Assembly (NCBI GenBank): GCA_964016885.1
Contig: OZ024742.1
Span: forward strand, 363,010,001-363,074,000
DNA from: Eledone cirrhosa
Taxonomy: Eukaryota
Direction of reading: 5' to 3'
DNA length: 64,000 nucleotides
How positions within the stretch are numbered: the first letter of the stretch is position 1; each line of letters starts with the position of its first letter. The notes below the pieces were generated by a model. It saw only the letters and a program-made list of their open reading frames with translations, was not told the origin of the DNA and made no database searches. Of this stretch, positions 29,581 through 44,116 are shown one piece after another. Position numbers and translations under genes: made by a program.

Positions 29581-30043
29581 AGCATTATATTATCCTTAAT
29601 TTGTAAATTAAATGGAGCACTATAATTAATAGTCTACTTATATTAAAATACATAATTTAGCCTTCTTTCTTACAAATACCATTTCCTAATACTGACACTA
29701 CTATGTAAACACATATTATGATTTAAATGCAGATTAATATTCTATGTTCCTTGAAACCTATATTTACTATTTCCCACTAATAATTTTAATCCCCCCCCCC
29801 CCAATAATTATTCGTATTTGTAAGCGTGGATGTATATATGTGTATGTAAGTATGTATGTATGTATGTTTGTGTGTTTGTATGTGAGTATAAAAATACATA
29901 TGTGCGCATGTAAATATGTGTGTATGAGTGTATATATATATGTATATATATGTGTATGTATGTATGTGTATGTATATGTATTTGTAGAGATATGTGTATG
30001 TATGTGTATATATGTGCATAATTGTCTGACTGTGTGTATTTAT

Positions 30044-30087
<44 letters not shown>

Positions 30088-30221
30088 ATGTATGTCTCTA
30101 TATTTATGTATGTCTGAGTGTGTGAGTGTGTGTAGTTGTGTGTATATATACATGGGTATGTGTGTGTGTATGTATATATATATGTATATATGTGTGTTGT
30201 GTGTATGTGTATATATATATA

Positions 30222-30291
<70 letters not shown>

Positions 30292-31145
30292 TGTATTTAT
30301 ATGTATGGGTATATGTTTTACTTGTTTTTATGTATATGCATACAAACAGGTTAATATGCGTGAGGTTAAGTATGTGTATGTGTGTGTGTTTACGTATGTA
30401 TGTATCGAACGTATGGATGTGTAAATGTGCGTAGGTATATAAGCATGTATATTTTATGTCTCTCTTTTATGTTTTTTTATGTTTTTGTTATATTTCTTTT
30501 GTGAGACATTCGCGTCTGTGTATGTACGTACCCCCCCCCCCTTATTTTTTGTTCCCCTGTTTTTAAGTTTTTTCCTTCTATAAAAATTTTTTTTTATTTC
30601 TAACTTTATAGATACATTTTTATAAATATGCTGAGTTTGACACTCTCCTTTAATTTCTTACTCCCTTACCTCCTTTTAATTCTGCATCTAGATGTAAGTG
30701 TGTGTGGCCGTGTTTATGTGTGCGCCTCAATATCCATATAGTTATAATAATAATATATACGTATGTATGTGTGTGTGTGTGTATATATATGTGTGTTCGT
30801 AGGTATGTGTGTGTTTATGTATATATGCGTGTGTGTGTATGAATGTATGTATATGTGTGTATATATGTATGTATATATATATGTATATGTATGTATATTT
30901 TGTCTGTAGATTATAAACATACAGAGACATTAGCCCTAAATTTTTATATTTACATACACTTTTTCGACATGCGTATGCATGTGAACATACATTTTTATGC
31001 ATATCTATGAACGAATTTACTTACATATATACACACACCTAACTGTATTTTCTTGATGAATTTTTATGTGTTTCATTGGTCTATTTAAAATCTGTTCCCA
31101 AACAGACCTGTAATTTTGAATTGTTGTTTTTATCAATAAATATAC

Positions 31146-31288
31146 TTCATTATTTCTGAAGACAGCATATATATGTGATGGTATGTATATTCTCCTTGAT
31201 AGTTTGTATAATTTTGTACATAGATCTTTTGAATATGCATGCCAATTCTAACACATATATGTCCTAGAAACGATCGTTAAATAATGAA
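31146..31288 (+). ncRNA. Type I hammerhead (family 2)
   Basis: 10-bp stem I TTCATTATTT/AAATAATGAA; CTGAAGA; ~104-nt stem II domain; GAAACGATCGTT. Confidence 0.72.
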
Positions 31289-31342
31289 CTTTTTTTGTTT
31301 AATATAAGGAACTGTTTCTTTGTGTTATTCATTATTTTTTTA

Positions 31343-31459
<117 letters not shown>

Positions 31460-32159
31460 AGGGTAAACAGACGACGCTCATGTTTTGTTAAGGAGTCATA
31501 TTTTAAAACGGGGCGGAGCCCATCTGCTCTCTGGATGTGAATATACCAAGATTTCTTCCAGCGAAGTATACAGGGATAGAGGAAGAGATATAGAGGAAGA
31601 ATCGGCCCCAGTATTAGACTGGTTCTTTTTATCAACCTTGAATGGATGAAAGGCAAAGGTGGCGTTGGTAGTATTTGAACTCAGAGAATAGAAAGCCGAA
31701 ACGAATCCTACAATTCAGTGTATCCGACGTTCTAACGACATTGTCAATCCACCGCCTCACGATAAATACGATGTTTCCAACCAGTCAGCCAATCTGGTAC
31801 ACTCAGTTTTCAACATAAGAGCTTCTCTCAGGTTGACAATACACTAATTTACAAGAGAAAATGGTATAATTTAATGTTGTGTTGTATGAGTATATATTTC
31901 CATAACTCTGAATGCGACTGAAGTGAAATAATGATGAATTCAATATTTGCAGATTTTTAATTCTAAATTGAAATGAATTTGATTTTGATTTGAATAACGT
32001 AGACTAGATACGGTCAGATAACTAATTCACCTGCATTATTACCTGCATCAGCTTCAAAATATTCACATTATGATGCATCAAAGTCAAATATTGATGCGGA
32101 AAGTTGAGATATTCATATATTCTCTCTGTTCAGTTAAAAAAGAAATAACAATAGTAATT

Positions 32160-32345
32160 TAGTTAGACACAAGGCCAGCAATATTGAGCAGAAATGTAAT
32201 TAAATCGACCCCAGTGCATTATTGGTGCTTTATTTTGTCAAGGATGAAAGGCAAAGCTAACCTCGGCGGGAATTGAACGCAGAACGTAAAGGGCCATAAC
32301 TCAATGCCACAAATCATGTTGTCCGATGCTCTACCGATACAGTCA
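32160..32345 (-). mobile_element. SINE family A
   Basis: Family core on the minus strand; a more diverged copy lies at about 31605-31760. Confidence 0.75.
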
Positions 32346-32923
32346 GTTGAGTGCCCCAATAATAATAGTTTCTTGTATAGGCAAAATATCAGCAGATTTG
32401 AAGTAAATCGAAAGTTGATTACATCTATCTCAATAATTGGTGGCTTCTTTATATTATCGATTAGAAAAGACATGATACACTGGCACCAACATATCGAGTT
32501 TCATCTGCTTGTACAAAGGTTTTCAACATAACATATATTGGTGAAGTTTCTCAATCTGGGTTCAAAAGAAACCTTCGATTCTGTGAAAAAGTTTTGACGT
32601 TCTGAAATAAAAAGATCCTTCGATAAAATTTCACATAAAAATGTTCCTTGCACTGAAATATAAACTCACTTACTAAAGCCACCGATTTTTGTTCAAATCC
32701 CGCCGAGGTCTACATGACTTTCACCTAATTGTGGTCGATGAAGAAAGTATCAGTCTAATGTTAATGCATGTTCCTCGTCTCCTAGTTGCTAGGATAATTC
32801 ACTGGATCATAAGGGGTGAGTCAACAGGGAACGAAATACTCTAAGTGAAAGCATGGTACATACTAACAATTGAGGAAAATTTAAAAATCGTGGTATAATC
32901 AATACCTGATAGACTGGCTAAAG

Positions 32924-33448
32924 CAAAGGTTCTCAAAGTGGGTAGTACCGCTCCCCCCGAGGCGTTGAGAATGTCCTGGGGAAGCTATGGCCTAAGGGGG
33001 CGGTAAAGCTTATATAATAATATATTATATATCAAATGACACATATATATGAATATAATAAAATAAATACATATTTATTTATACATAGTATATATTATGT
33101 TATTTATTATATATTAATTAACGATATAATTTATTATATATTATTTACACTTATGACGGTGAATTAGCAGTATCGGTAGAGAGTCGGACGCCATGCTTTG
33201 CAGCATAGTTACACCCCTTTATGAACTGAGTTCAAATCCCGTTGAGGTTAACTATGCCTTTCATCCTTACGGGGTCGATAAAATAAAGTACCAGTAATGT
33301 ACTGGGTAATTGTTGGCCTTGTGCCGAAGTAGAAACTATTATTTACAATTTGCCTGTAGGCAGGTCTCTCTGGAAATAGGGTTGGGTGCGTTGATAGCAT
33401 TACGAGTCCGTGAGAGGAGCGGTGGCCCCACAATTTTGAGAACCTCTG
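32924..33448. mobile_element. hAT (Charlie-like) MITE
   Basis: TIRs CAAAGGTTCTCAAA / TTTGAGAACCTCTG; 8-bp TSD GGCTAAAG / GGCTAAGG. Confidence 0.8.
33156..33336 (+). mobile_element. SINE family A nested in the hAT MITE
   Basis: A-box-like TAGCAGTATCGG, B-box GAGTTCAAATCC and family core. Confidence 0.85.
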
Positions 33449-34080
33449 GGCTAAGGCCATCCCCCTAAGATCAATATATGGGGAAAATATGGCAAAGATG
33501 TCAAAAGAAGACAAGATGAAGGAATGGACAAGTAAATCTTCACGATAAACAAAATGTTGTCTGGGAACCGAGATGCAGGCAAGTTGTACGCTGCAACAGC
33601 GGCACTCATTGACTCATGAGAGCTAAGAGAAAAGTTAAATGATATGAATGTTCTACTAGGATTTGTTTTGAGAAATATTCATAAAATATAGGAATTAAGT
33701 CATTGATTTTTGTAAGATTGTATAAGTTTTTTGGGGAGGTTCTGTTCTAGAATAGGACAAGAAATTGAAAAACCACGAAAGATATTCTAAAAAAGACATT
33801 GCTAAGATCCTAATGAATGGAATTGGTTGCTGGGGAAAAGACTCACAAAGAATTCTCACAATAATTATGTAATCATTCTTCGTATTTCTTTAGTTCCAAT
33901 ATAGGCTTAATTCGCTATTGAATTCATGGATCTTGTTTGGTGTTGACATTAGCATTGTGTGTAAAGAACATCCACTGGGCTCACCTGTCTATAATATATA
34001 GGAATATTTCAAATAACCATGTGAAAACGTATTGTTTTGACAGGTATGTGTGTATGTATGTATGCATGTATATATATATA

Positions 34081-34703
34081 GTTGGTGCTACTGGTAACAT
34101 GTATCCCAGTACAACCTGTCTCATGGTCGGGTCGTTGGCGACTAAACTGGCAACCCCACCAAGGTTTCTTGGTGAGGAGGGTGACTTTGGACATCCTGCA
34201 GGACTAAAAACAAAACCTGTCAAAGGGCAAAGGAGCTCTTAAGAGTCAATGGCCATCCAAAATCACCGGGAGAGATGACCCCTTTAGCCTTAGTCAAGGC
34301 AGAATTCTAGGAGAAGGAAAACTCTGATATAACACCTGCAACCCTGATGGTATCCAATGATGTTGACTTGTTCTTCTTTTTGGTAAATAGCATCTTGGTT
34401 AAGAGAGTGGGACTGGCTTTGTGCAGTGCCTTTGCTCACTATAAAAGCTTCACGGCACAGGCATTGCTTTATATCTGGAGATCTCTCTGCACTTGTCCTC
34501 ACATGGGCCCAGCACTATGTGTCAATAATTGTCCTACCATGGGCCTAGCACTATGTGTCAATAATTGTCACAGGTGTAGTGTTTGTACCAGAGGTTTCAA
34601 GTCGCTGGCTGGACTAAAAAGTCACACTCGTTCAGCGCTTCGGTAGGGGTTATCCTACATGGATGTAAAGTAGTGGCCGTACTCGAAAACGAGTTGGCAG
34701 CCA

Positions 34704-34706
<3 letters not shown>
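34081..34706 (+). mobile_element. Non-autonomous bipartite RTE-like element
   Basis: Tail encodes [19 protein letters not shown], like the RTE ORF C-terminal C2H motif; no RT; (TA)n on both sides. Confidence 0.65.
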
Positions 34707-34791
<85 letters not shown>

Positions 34792-35823
34792 CTGAGTGTG
34801 TGTGTAAACGTGAGAGAGAAAACAAGCTATATGCATACATAGAAACGAAAAATACGTTAAAAAAGGACACGTTTTTCTTTCCATCAATATTTATTCTGGC
34901 TATACAAAATTGTATCCAGTTACATACATTGCTAATGCATGTATACCAAAATATTACCTAGAATATAACTGAAAATGTGCATAAAAATAGTTCGAAATAC
35001 AGGGAATCTCTTAGTAAGTCAATGTAGTTTTGTTAATATTTTACACCCTGTAATGATTTAGCAGAAAATATCTAACACAGGTTTGTTAATTCAAATTCAT
35101 ATAATTACTAACTTTACGTTTGGACAGAGCAATCTACAAATTTGAAGTACTTGAGTACAAATGATTGATATAAAACTAATATGGAGGGTGGTAGAGTGAC
35201 AGAATCGTTAGAAAGTCAGAAAATTGTGTGGCAGTGTTTGTCTGAAGCTCTTTAAGTTCTGAGTATCTATACGAAACATTTCATATTTTCGGGATGGATT
35301 AAAATAAAGAACCCCTAAAGAACTAGGGTCGATATTCATGGATTTGTACCTAAATTAGAAAGGAATTTTAACATTTTCTGGGTAGTGGAATGGAAGAACT
35401 AACATTTTCCGATAACACGAATTGTATTTACTCTGATTCTGAGTGTTTTGAGGTCAAATCTCTCCGAGAACCATTTTACACTTCATTCATTCTTTAAGGA
35501 TATGAACCACAGTTTGTCTTTATATCTATTATAGGTTTGCCTAAATTACGTGCATCATTATCAAGTTGTCCGTATAACATTACAATGGGTATGCGATCCT
35601 CAGTCATCCGCCGGACATGAGCAGACCATCTGAGTTGTATAAGAAAGTACATAATGTATAAGAAAGTACATAATCCCTCCGATTATATACAGTTTACGTT
35701 GATGTTGTAGAAACACATTCGAAGTACAGGAGTCACTCAATGATGAGAGAAACCTAATATTAATTCCCTTCATTTAAGTGAACTCATTAGTATATTCGAG
35801 GGAAACTCCACCAATACGAAGAA

Positions 35824-35970
35824 TATATATACACACTCACACACACACACATATATATATATGTATATATACATACATACATACACACACACACAGATAT
35901 ATGTATATATATACATACACACATATATATATATATATACACAGACACATATATATATATATATACACAG

Positions 35971-36035
<65 letters not shown>

Positions 36036-36054
36036 CATACATACACACACACAC

Positions 36055-36131
<77 letters not shown>

Positions 36132-36227
36132 CACACATATATATATGTATATATATATATACATATGTAGATATGTATACAAATAAAATAAATGTATATA
36201 CAAATATATATTTATATACACACAGAT

Positions 36228-36264
<37 letters not shown>

Positions 36265-36296
36265 AGTGTGTGTGTGTCTCTGTGTGTGTGTGTGTG
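35824..36296. repeat. Compound (TA)n/(CA)n microsatellite
   Basis: Seen directly. Confidence 0.95.
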
Positions 36297-36569
36297 AAGA
36301 ACAATGATGAGGTTTCGTTTACAGGTATTGTCTTTTATTGCGTATCGATCTGTTACGCGCGATTGGGTGAAGACTGGCTCAATTCATCCAAAGAAATTAA
36401 GGATCCGACTCCGTTACTTATCTGCTCTTCAGACTGATGATTCAACAAAAATAGAGTGTTTATTGTGATCTGTGAGATATTGGGTATACAATTCTATCGG
36501 AACCATATCTCTTCGCGGATGTAATTGTTTGAGTGTATATGTCAGGCAGCTCGTCTGCGTAAATATTTG

Positions 36570-36628
<59 letters not shown>

Positions 36629-36635
36629 ATATATA

Positions 36636-36800
36636 TAGGGAAAGAGAATGACCCCGACGGCAGAGCTCAAGCCGTCGAAACGGCTTGAGCTCTGCCGTCG
36701 GGGTCATTCTCTTTCCCTATTTCCCACTCTATTACCCTAAGTATTGAGTACTCTGGTGCGTTATGGTCCATCTGGTTCCTTGCCACAATTCCTTCGTCAT
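36636..36800 (+). mobile_element. Fold-back mini-element, family D
   Basis: Palindrome plus tail within (TA)n. Confidence 0.85.
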
Positions 36801-37356
36801 ATATATATATATATATATATGCCTGAGTGTGTTTATGTGTGTGTATGTATGTGTCTGTGTTGGTGTGTGTTTGCTTGTGACACGAGGAAAATGTCCGGAT
36901 ATGCAGTAGAAGAGAAGCACAAAAATCAACCAACGTCAGCTCGATGCTAGCAGCCTACAAACTCATAGCACTCTAATGTACTACAGTAAAGTAGTACCCT
37001 CACAACACTGTAATTCCCCATACAATTGTATTAAGTGCAATGTATGTTGTTATGTGATAAGAAATGCAGAGCACAACTACGCTACATAGAAATATATTAA
37101 GTATATCAACTTTATATTATTAGATTATGGATGCATATAGTTCCTTATAGATTTCTATGTATCTTTCTACAGACAGATCTATCAATCTCTATCTATTTAT
37201 GTATCTATCTCGTTAACACTGTCTGTCTGTGTGTCTGTCTGACTCTCTCTTTATTTCTCCCCCCCCCCTCTCTCTCTTTCTCTCTATATATACATATATA
37301 TATATATATATATCTATATATATATACCTGCATACCTACCTATCTATCTATCAATC

Positions 37357-37449
37357 TTTATTAATAGTTTTATTTTCATACACCTGTATATAAACTCCCC
37401 ATTTGTATTTGTCCCCTTCTTTTGTGCCCTTGTGGCTACTAAATACATT
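37357..37449 (+). mobile_element. Tiny 3' end of a Tx1-type LINE
   Basis: Nearly identical to 57817-57900; (ATCT)n on both sides. Confidence 0.8.
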
Positions 37450-37608
37450 TATCTATCCATCTACCTATCTGTCTGCAAAATTCGAAGGAGGAAAGGGGAA
37501 GATAAAGTTACAGCTTCCCCCTGCCACTGTCACAGTAGCAGAGGTCAAAAAGAAAGGCAGCCAGAGGAAGGATTTTCTCCACCTGTTGACTGACAACTTG
37601 ACGTTGCC

Positions 37609-39245
37609 ATGGCAACAGCCCAAAGAACCTGCGGCACCAGCAACAGCAACAACAACAACAATGCGACGGACGAAAACAACACCAATAACAATAACAACAA
37701 CAACAAGACCAATCACTGTGATAACAACAACAATGACAACAACAACACCACCAACTACAACAGCAACACAAACAAAAAAAATTTCTCCTTCGCCGAGACG
37801 GCAAGGACCCTCGACTATCTGCCAGTAGATATAACCAAAGCGAAGGATCTACTGGCAGATGCCAACAAATATATAGTGTACGGGGAAAATGGTTCATTCA
37901 CGATCCATTCCCCCCCGGAACTAAAAAGCCAGAGACTCCTAAACACTGTCATGTTTAGGACAATCTCGAATAAAAGCAAAAAACCAGCTCAACCATCACA
38001 AAGTGAGATGGAGCTGGTTTTAAAAGACGTCATGAAGGACATCACCTTCATTCAGAAGGATAGACTCTACGGGAGTCTATCCATTCTCATGAAGGACAGG
38101 GACACAGCAGTGAAACTGTCCATCAAACCAATCACATCCACCGCATACAACTTCTACCCTACGTACATGGGTAGAAGAACACAAAAAATAAAAATCCACA
38201 CCATCCTGCCGATTATGGACATATGGTGGGTTTTGACAGATTTCCTGGACCTGGATGATGACACGCTGGTGTCCATGGGAAAGGCATCGGGTGACGCGTT
38301 CAGTGGAACGAGCCTCGAACTTGTAGTTCAAATGAGGCCCGAAAGGATCTCCCAGATCCCTGAACGCGTCATACTGGATGATCAAACTTTCATCAACATT
38401 ACCGTTGAGGGTAGGCGGCCCTCGTGTTACCTCTGCGGAACCAGAGGTCACCTGAGGGCTGTCTGTCCCCAACTTAATAAGAAAACCCCAATCCTGCCTA
38501 CGCCACCAACAACTGCACAACCAACACAATCACCACAACTACCACTACAAAAACAACCACCACAGCTCAAACCAAAACAAAACAATGTCCAACCCATCCA
38601 CCCCACTCAAAAAATAAAAACAATTTCCAAATCACCCGCACCGCAAACACAACCCGAAAATATACCCCTCCCCTCCAATGCGGAAGATGACCCTAGTTCG
38701 CCGTCAGACGAGGAGGAGCACTTCCACACAATCAAAAGAAAAAAAAAGAAAACACACCTCAGACACACAAATGAAAACAACCCCTCCCCAAAACATAACA
38801 CTGACACCAACACAAAAGAGCTCACAACAACAGCAAAAAAAAACAATAAACAAAAACCAAAACATGCATACACATACATAACCACAAGAAACAAAAAAAC
38901 TGTTAAACATTGTATACAACAACAATCTAATAAAAACCCAAGGGCCTAACTTCACCCAGGCAGGGGATTTCCCACCTCAAAATGATTATGGCCCCACAGG
39001 ACACCTATAAAACTTTAAAAAACAACTTTAAAGAGAACGTGGGTCCCCCCTGCGTCGAGCCCATTAACCGCGTCCTCCTAAAAAACTACCCCACCCCCTC
39101 CCCAAACACCCACACAACTCCAAACTCCCCTACCACACAACACACTGATGCCCCTACACTTCCACAAACCACCACCCCACCCAACAACCCATCCCCCACC
39201 CTAATGGAAATTGTGCAGCCCGATACCCGGGACGCAGAGAGGTAA
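37609..39245 (+). pseudogene. Tx1-type ORF1 (gag-like zinc knuckle), frameshifted near 38900-38950
   Basis: CYLCGTRGHLRAVC (CX2CX4HX4C); the sister copy 53152-53631 reads through the break. Confidence 0.82.
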
Positions 39246-39269
39246 GTGCCTTTTCTCTTCACCACCAAC

Positions 39270-42200
39270 ATGACTATGCTAAGGGTAGGCTGTTTAAATG
39301 CGCGTGGCCTGGGCTCAACTTGGAAGCAAGCAATGCTTCTAAATGACCTCAGGTCACAACGTATAGATGTGATGGTTATTGGCGAGGCCCGGATCAGCAA
39401 CGTGCGACAGCTGGCCCCCACCTTTGATGACTTTGAGACGCACGCATCTCTCTGTCAGCCCGGAGGTGGGGTGGGGTTGTCGTTCTGCTGCAAAAACATC
39501 TGGGTCGCGCAACACAGATGGTACATTTGGACCCGGAGGGTCGACTATTGGTTCTGGACCTTGGCAGTGGTAAAGGCGGAGCGTTTAGGTTGGTAGCCGT
39601 CTACGGCCCTTTCGGATCAATGCGGCCGGACTTCTTCCATCGTCTGGAGACTTTTCTAGGGACGTCCCGCTCCTTGCTATTAGTGGGGGACTGGAATGGT
39701 ATCCTAGGTGCACGCTGGGACTACGTAGGGGCCTGTCCCGATAGAGAGGGGTGTAATAGCCTCAAAGGGTTAATCGGTCGATTTGACCTGGCCGATAGAT
39801 ATCGACTAGATTTTCCGACTGCGCCAACCTGGACTTGGGCAAATCGTAGCGGATCATCTAGGTCGTACCTAGATAGGTTCTTAGTTAGAATTAAGGATAA
39901 GGACTTTTTAAGTTGTCCAAAAATGCGCATGGTTGGCTATTCAGACCACAAATTAGTGACCTGCATGGTCAACGTTGACAGAACTCATAGACAGGGACCC
40001 GGTTACTGGAAGCTCAACTTGTCCTTACCGGCAAGTAAGGATTACAGGGACCGGATTAACACTTTAGTTAAGGAGCGGTTCACGGGCGCCATCGTCAACA
40101 GCAGGTGGTGGGGATCTCTCAAAAGAGAGATTAGAGTAGTCTCTATAGAATTTAGTAAGGAGTTAGCTTCAAATAGAAATAGGAAGGAAAGGGAGTTGGT
40201 AGATAGTGTAGAAGAGGCAATTAGAAGCGGCGACGTGGCCAGAGTGCTAGCGTCGAGAACGGCCCTGGGCCAGTTCTTCGACGCGAAACACGAAGGCTGC
40301 ATCGTCCGAAACAAAATACATGCTCTGGGAAACGAGGGGACCAAAGCTGTTAGCTGGGCCCGCGTGACAGAAGCCAAAAGAAGGAGCAGATCCACTATCC
40401 GGTCTTTGCGAGACCAGGATGGACGGGTGATCCTTGAACCTAAGCAGATGTGCGAGGCTTTTCAAAAGCAATTTGCCGGATTGTTCGGAAGGGGCGGGGA
40501 GCCGGTTGGGGATGTGGGCTTCGGTCCATACCTCGACGGCCTGCCGCGTCTCTCGGACAGGAAGGCAAAGTCCTGCGAAGAGCCGATTTCAGCCGCTGAG
40601 ATAGAGGACGTGCTGAGCCAATGCGGCAAACGCAGATCCCCGGGTCTCGATGGTCTTGCATACGAACTATATCTAGCTATGCCGGACTTGTTCCCCTATC
40701 TCCTCGAGGCGGTCTACTGCAACTGGCAACAGAACGGGAGAATTCCCTGTGCTGTGACCAAGGGCGTAGTCACGCTAGTGAGGAAGGACGAGAACAAGGG
40801 GGACGATATAAATAATTTCAGGCCCATAACTCTGCTAAATACAGAGTTACAGATTTGGGCCAAGATGCTAGCAAAGAGGTTGGCGCTTGTCGTGGGTAAC
40901 CTGGTGGGAGATGCGCAGACATGTGCTATACCGTCCATGTCCATCCACGACAACCTCCACCTCATGCGATACATCATAGAGAGGTTTGGGAACGAACCCG
41001 GCTTTGTAGGGGCCCTGATCAACTTGGATCAATTTAAGGCATTCGATAGGTTCGACCATGGTTACCTGGATGCGGTGCTAGCGGCGGCAGGCTTCGGACC
41101 CGTTTTCAGGGCTGGATCAATGCCATGCACAGCAGCCGCATCTGCTCCAGGGTCAAGGTGAACGGCTACCTCTCGGAGCCGTTCGAAATCGCGCGGTCCA
41201 TCCGACAGGGGTGCCCTCTCTCCTCCCTTCTGTATGTAATGACTCTAGAGCCACTGCTGCGGAAGTTGGAGTTGTTGCAGGGCATCCCGTTGGAAACGGG
41301 ATTGCGGAAAGCGGTGTCAGCCTACACCGATGACGTAACAGTAATGGTGTCGACGGCCTCAGAAATCGGGGCGATCGTCACCTTACTGGAGGAGTACGAA
41401 AGGTTTACAGGGGCTAAGCTGAACCGGGACAAGTCGATCGGTCTGCAACTCGGCACGTGGAGGGGCAGATCGATGCCCTCCGATGGCATCGTCGGGCGCT
41501 GGATGGAGGGCCCGGTGAAGTTGCTCGGGGTCTGGTTCGGACCAGACCTCCAGATTGAGAAGAACTGGGGTGAGGTAACGAACAGGGTGTTTGCACTGAC
41601 CCAGAAGTGGGCCGAGTGCAAACTGTCCCTGAAAGGTCGGGCGGAGGTGGCGAACACTTATATAGCGTCCGTCATCTACTACCGCCTGACCGTTGTGCCT
41701 TGCCCAAGGGAAACGCTCGCCAAAATGGAGCGCGCACTCTTCCAATTCCTTTGGAAGAAGTGGGCCCCTATGGTGAGGAGATCCATCTGCTGTCAACACC
41801 CTTCGAAAGGAGGGCTGGGGATGCCGTGGCTAATGATACGTAAACACGCATTAAGGCTACGGCACCTTCAGGTATTCCTCTCCGGTCAACCGGTGTGGGC
41901 CCCGTTTGTGAGGCGAGCCTTTCCCAGACTCGTCTCACTCACCGAGCTGCAATCCTGGGTCAAGCAAAGACCGAGAAAACTGGGCGCCTGGCACACCGAG
42001 TGTGCCCAGGTACTCACGGCTCTCTGGCAGGTGTCCACCTGTCAGTGGAGAATCCACCTCGTCATTCTATAGAGGGCTGGTGGTTTGAAGGTGCGACGAC
42101 GCCCTCGGAGAAGCCCTAGGCATGGAGGAAGACGAACTGGCCCACCTGTTCGGTAGGACATTCAGCCCGGGACCCATGGACAACTTCCAGAGGTCCCTGG

Positions 42201-42703
42201 CCTGGCAATGCTACAGAAGGGCTCTGCCCGTTCGAGAAAGGCTCTACAGACACGGGCGGCCGGGTAGGGTCCCCTCGAAAAAGATCTGTCCCAGATGCGT
42301 GAGTGACGAGGAAACCGTTGTACACGCATTGGTATACTGCTCGGACATTGCCGATCTGTGGGGCTATGTCGAACAACTGCTGTCAAGGGTGGGACCGATC
42401 CGGTTGACCACCGAGTCTATTGTAACGATCAAGCCGCCTCCCCTCTTCAAAAACGAAGAAGAGGCTGTGTTTCTGTGCGTAATAGCCATGGCGAAAGAGG
42501 TTGTATGGTGGACGCGTCTGAAAGGACTGAGGTCAGACACCTTTCTCTCTGGCCAACAACTGGTCCGTTTCTTCCGATATCATTTCGGAAGAAGGATCAG
42601 GATGGAGAGAGAGGTGCTGCACCCCAGCCGTTTCTATGAAAGATGGGTGAAAGTGGCGAGAATGGCCCGTGTGAATGGGCCTTCACTCTACATCAGACTA
42701 TAG
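39270..42703 (+). pseudogene. Tx1-type ORF2: APE endonuclease, RT and CCHC finger, frameshifted
   Basis: LNARGL, VGDWN, SYLDRF, YSDH, GYWKLN, SPGLDGL, RQGCPLS, YTDD, CPRC..ETVVHALVYC across ORFs 39246, 39518, 41125 and 42122. Confidence 0.92.
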
Positions 42704-43399
42704 GTGAGGAAGATGAAAGACCAAGGGAGCACCCCTTCTCTGTGCTCCTGAGGAAAAGGGTTGCACACTTTTTTTCGGGGGTGTGTGCGACCCCCCAAGG
42801 CGCCTCCTCTCTATTGAGGACTTTGTTATAAATTTTATTTTTTGTTATATTTTATTTTATTTTTATATATTGTTATTGCCTCCTCCTTATTGAGGACGCC
42901 TTGTTTTGTAAACTCCCCCCATTGTACTTGTCCCATTTTTGATGCCCTGGTGGCAAATAAAAGAAACATATCTATCTATCTGTCTATCTATCTATCAATC
43001 TATCGATCTATCTATCAATCTATCTATCTAGAATCATCACTATCATTCGACATTAGAAGACAAACGAACTTTACATTGAGAGAATACAAGAGAAAGACAA
43101 TACAATAAAAATAACTCAATAAACTTGTACGTAATATTAATGTTATAACGTTAATGTTATTTGTTAGAAAGATGAAGACATGAATCTTTACAGCCAAACA
43201 GCAGTCGTCAAAATCTGTTTTCTCGTATAATACTGCAGGGTTTATATCTCATATCTCTCACTGATTCATAATTCCCTATTTTCATGAATACAATGTACAA
43301 TCACATACTCGCATACAGCCATTAATACAGCACACACACACGTATGTATATACATATCAATATATTAATAGATATATACATAACTTTATATATATATAT

Positions 43400-43590
43400 A
43401 TAGGAACAAGTATGACCCCGACGGCAGAGCTCAAGCCGTTTCGACGGCTATTTCCAGAAATAGCCGTCGAAGCGGCTTGAGCTCTGCCGTCGGGGTCATA
43501 CTTTTTCCTATTTCCCACTCTACTACCCTAAGTATTGAGTACTTTGGTGCGTTATGGTCCATCTGCTTCCTTACCACAATTCCTTCGTTA
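43400..43590 (+). mobile_element. Fold-back mini-element, family D
   Basis: Palindrome plus tail within TA-rich repeat. Confidence 0.85.
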
Positions 43591-43731
43591 TATATGTATA
43601 TATATGTATGTATGTATATGTACGTGCGTATGTGTGTATGTATAAATGCACGTAAATATAGATATGTATTCCTATGTTCATCTATTCATCTCCCCTTTGC
43701 CCCACAATCTCTATCTATCAGCCCCCCCTCC

Positions 43732-43768
<37 letters not shown>

Positions 43769-43850
43769 CATACACATTTATATGTGTATGTGTGCAGTTG
43801 TGTGTGTCTGTGCCTGTGAACGGTTGGAGTATGGGTTATATATAGTATTC

Positions 43851-43932
<82 letters not shown>

Positions 43933-44001
43933 AAAAAGAGATGAAATCGAAAATACAACTGGAGTCTTATTTAAAAAAAAAATATATATATTTATTTGGT
44001 T

Positions 44002-44039
44002 CCTTTACCGGTTTCGCAGTTCTTCTGCTTTTCAAAAGG
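44002..44039 (-). ncRNA. Minimal hammerhead with U3-A8 core
   Basis: Exact reverse complement of 44117-44154. Confidence 0.78.
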
Positions 44040-44116
44040 TGAGTTGAGATGGAGGGTCTGTGGTTTTTCTCACATCTCACATGTGAGAAAAACCACAGAC
44101 CCTCCATCTCAACTCA

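Larger units (their letters stand above)
37471..42969 (+). mobile_element. Apparently full-length Tx1/L1-type LINE
   Basis: ORF1 plus frameshifted ORF2, AATAAA end, (ATCT)n flanks. Confidence 0.92.

Noticed and set aside
36303-36437. Minus-strand CTGAAGA ... GAAAC hammerhead candidate
   Set aside because: Needs a 4-nt bulge before GAAA and has a stem III mismatch; too degenerate to call, though it may be an old relic.
37403-37897. Thr-rich and Cys-rich ORFs
   Set aside because: Alternate frames of the (AAC)n tract in Tx1 ORF1.
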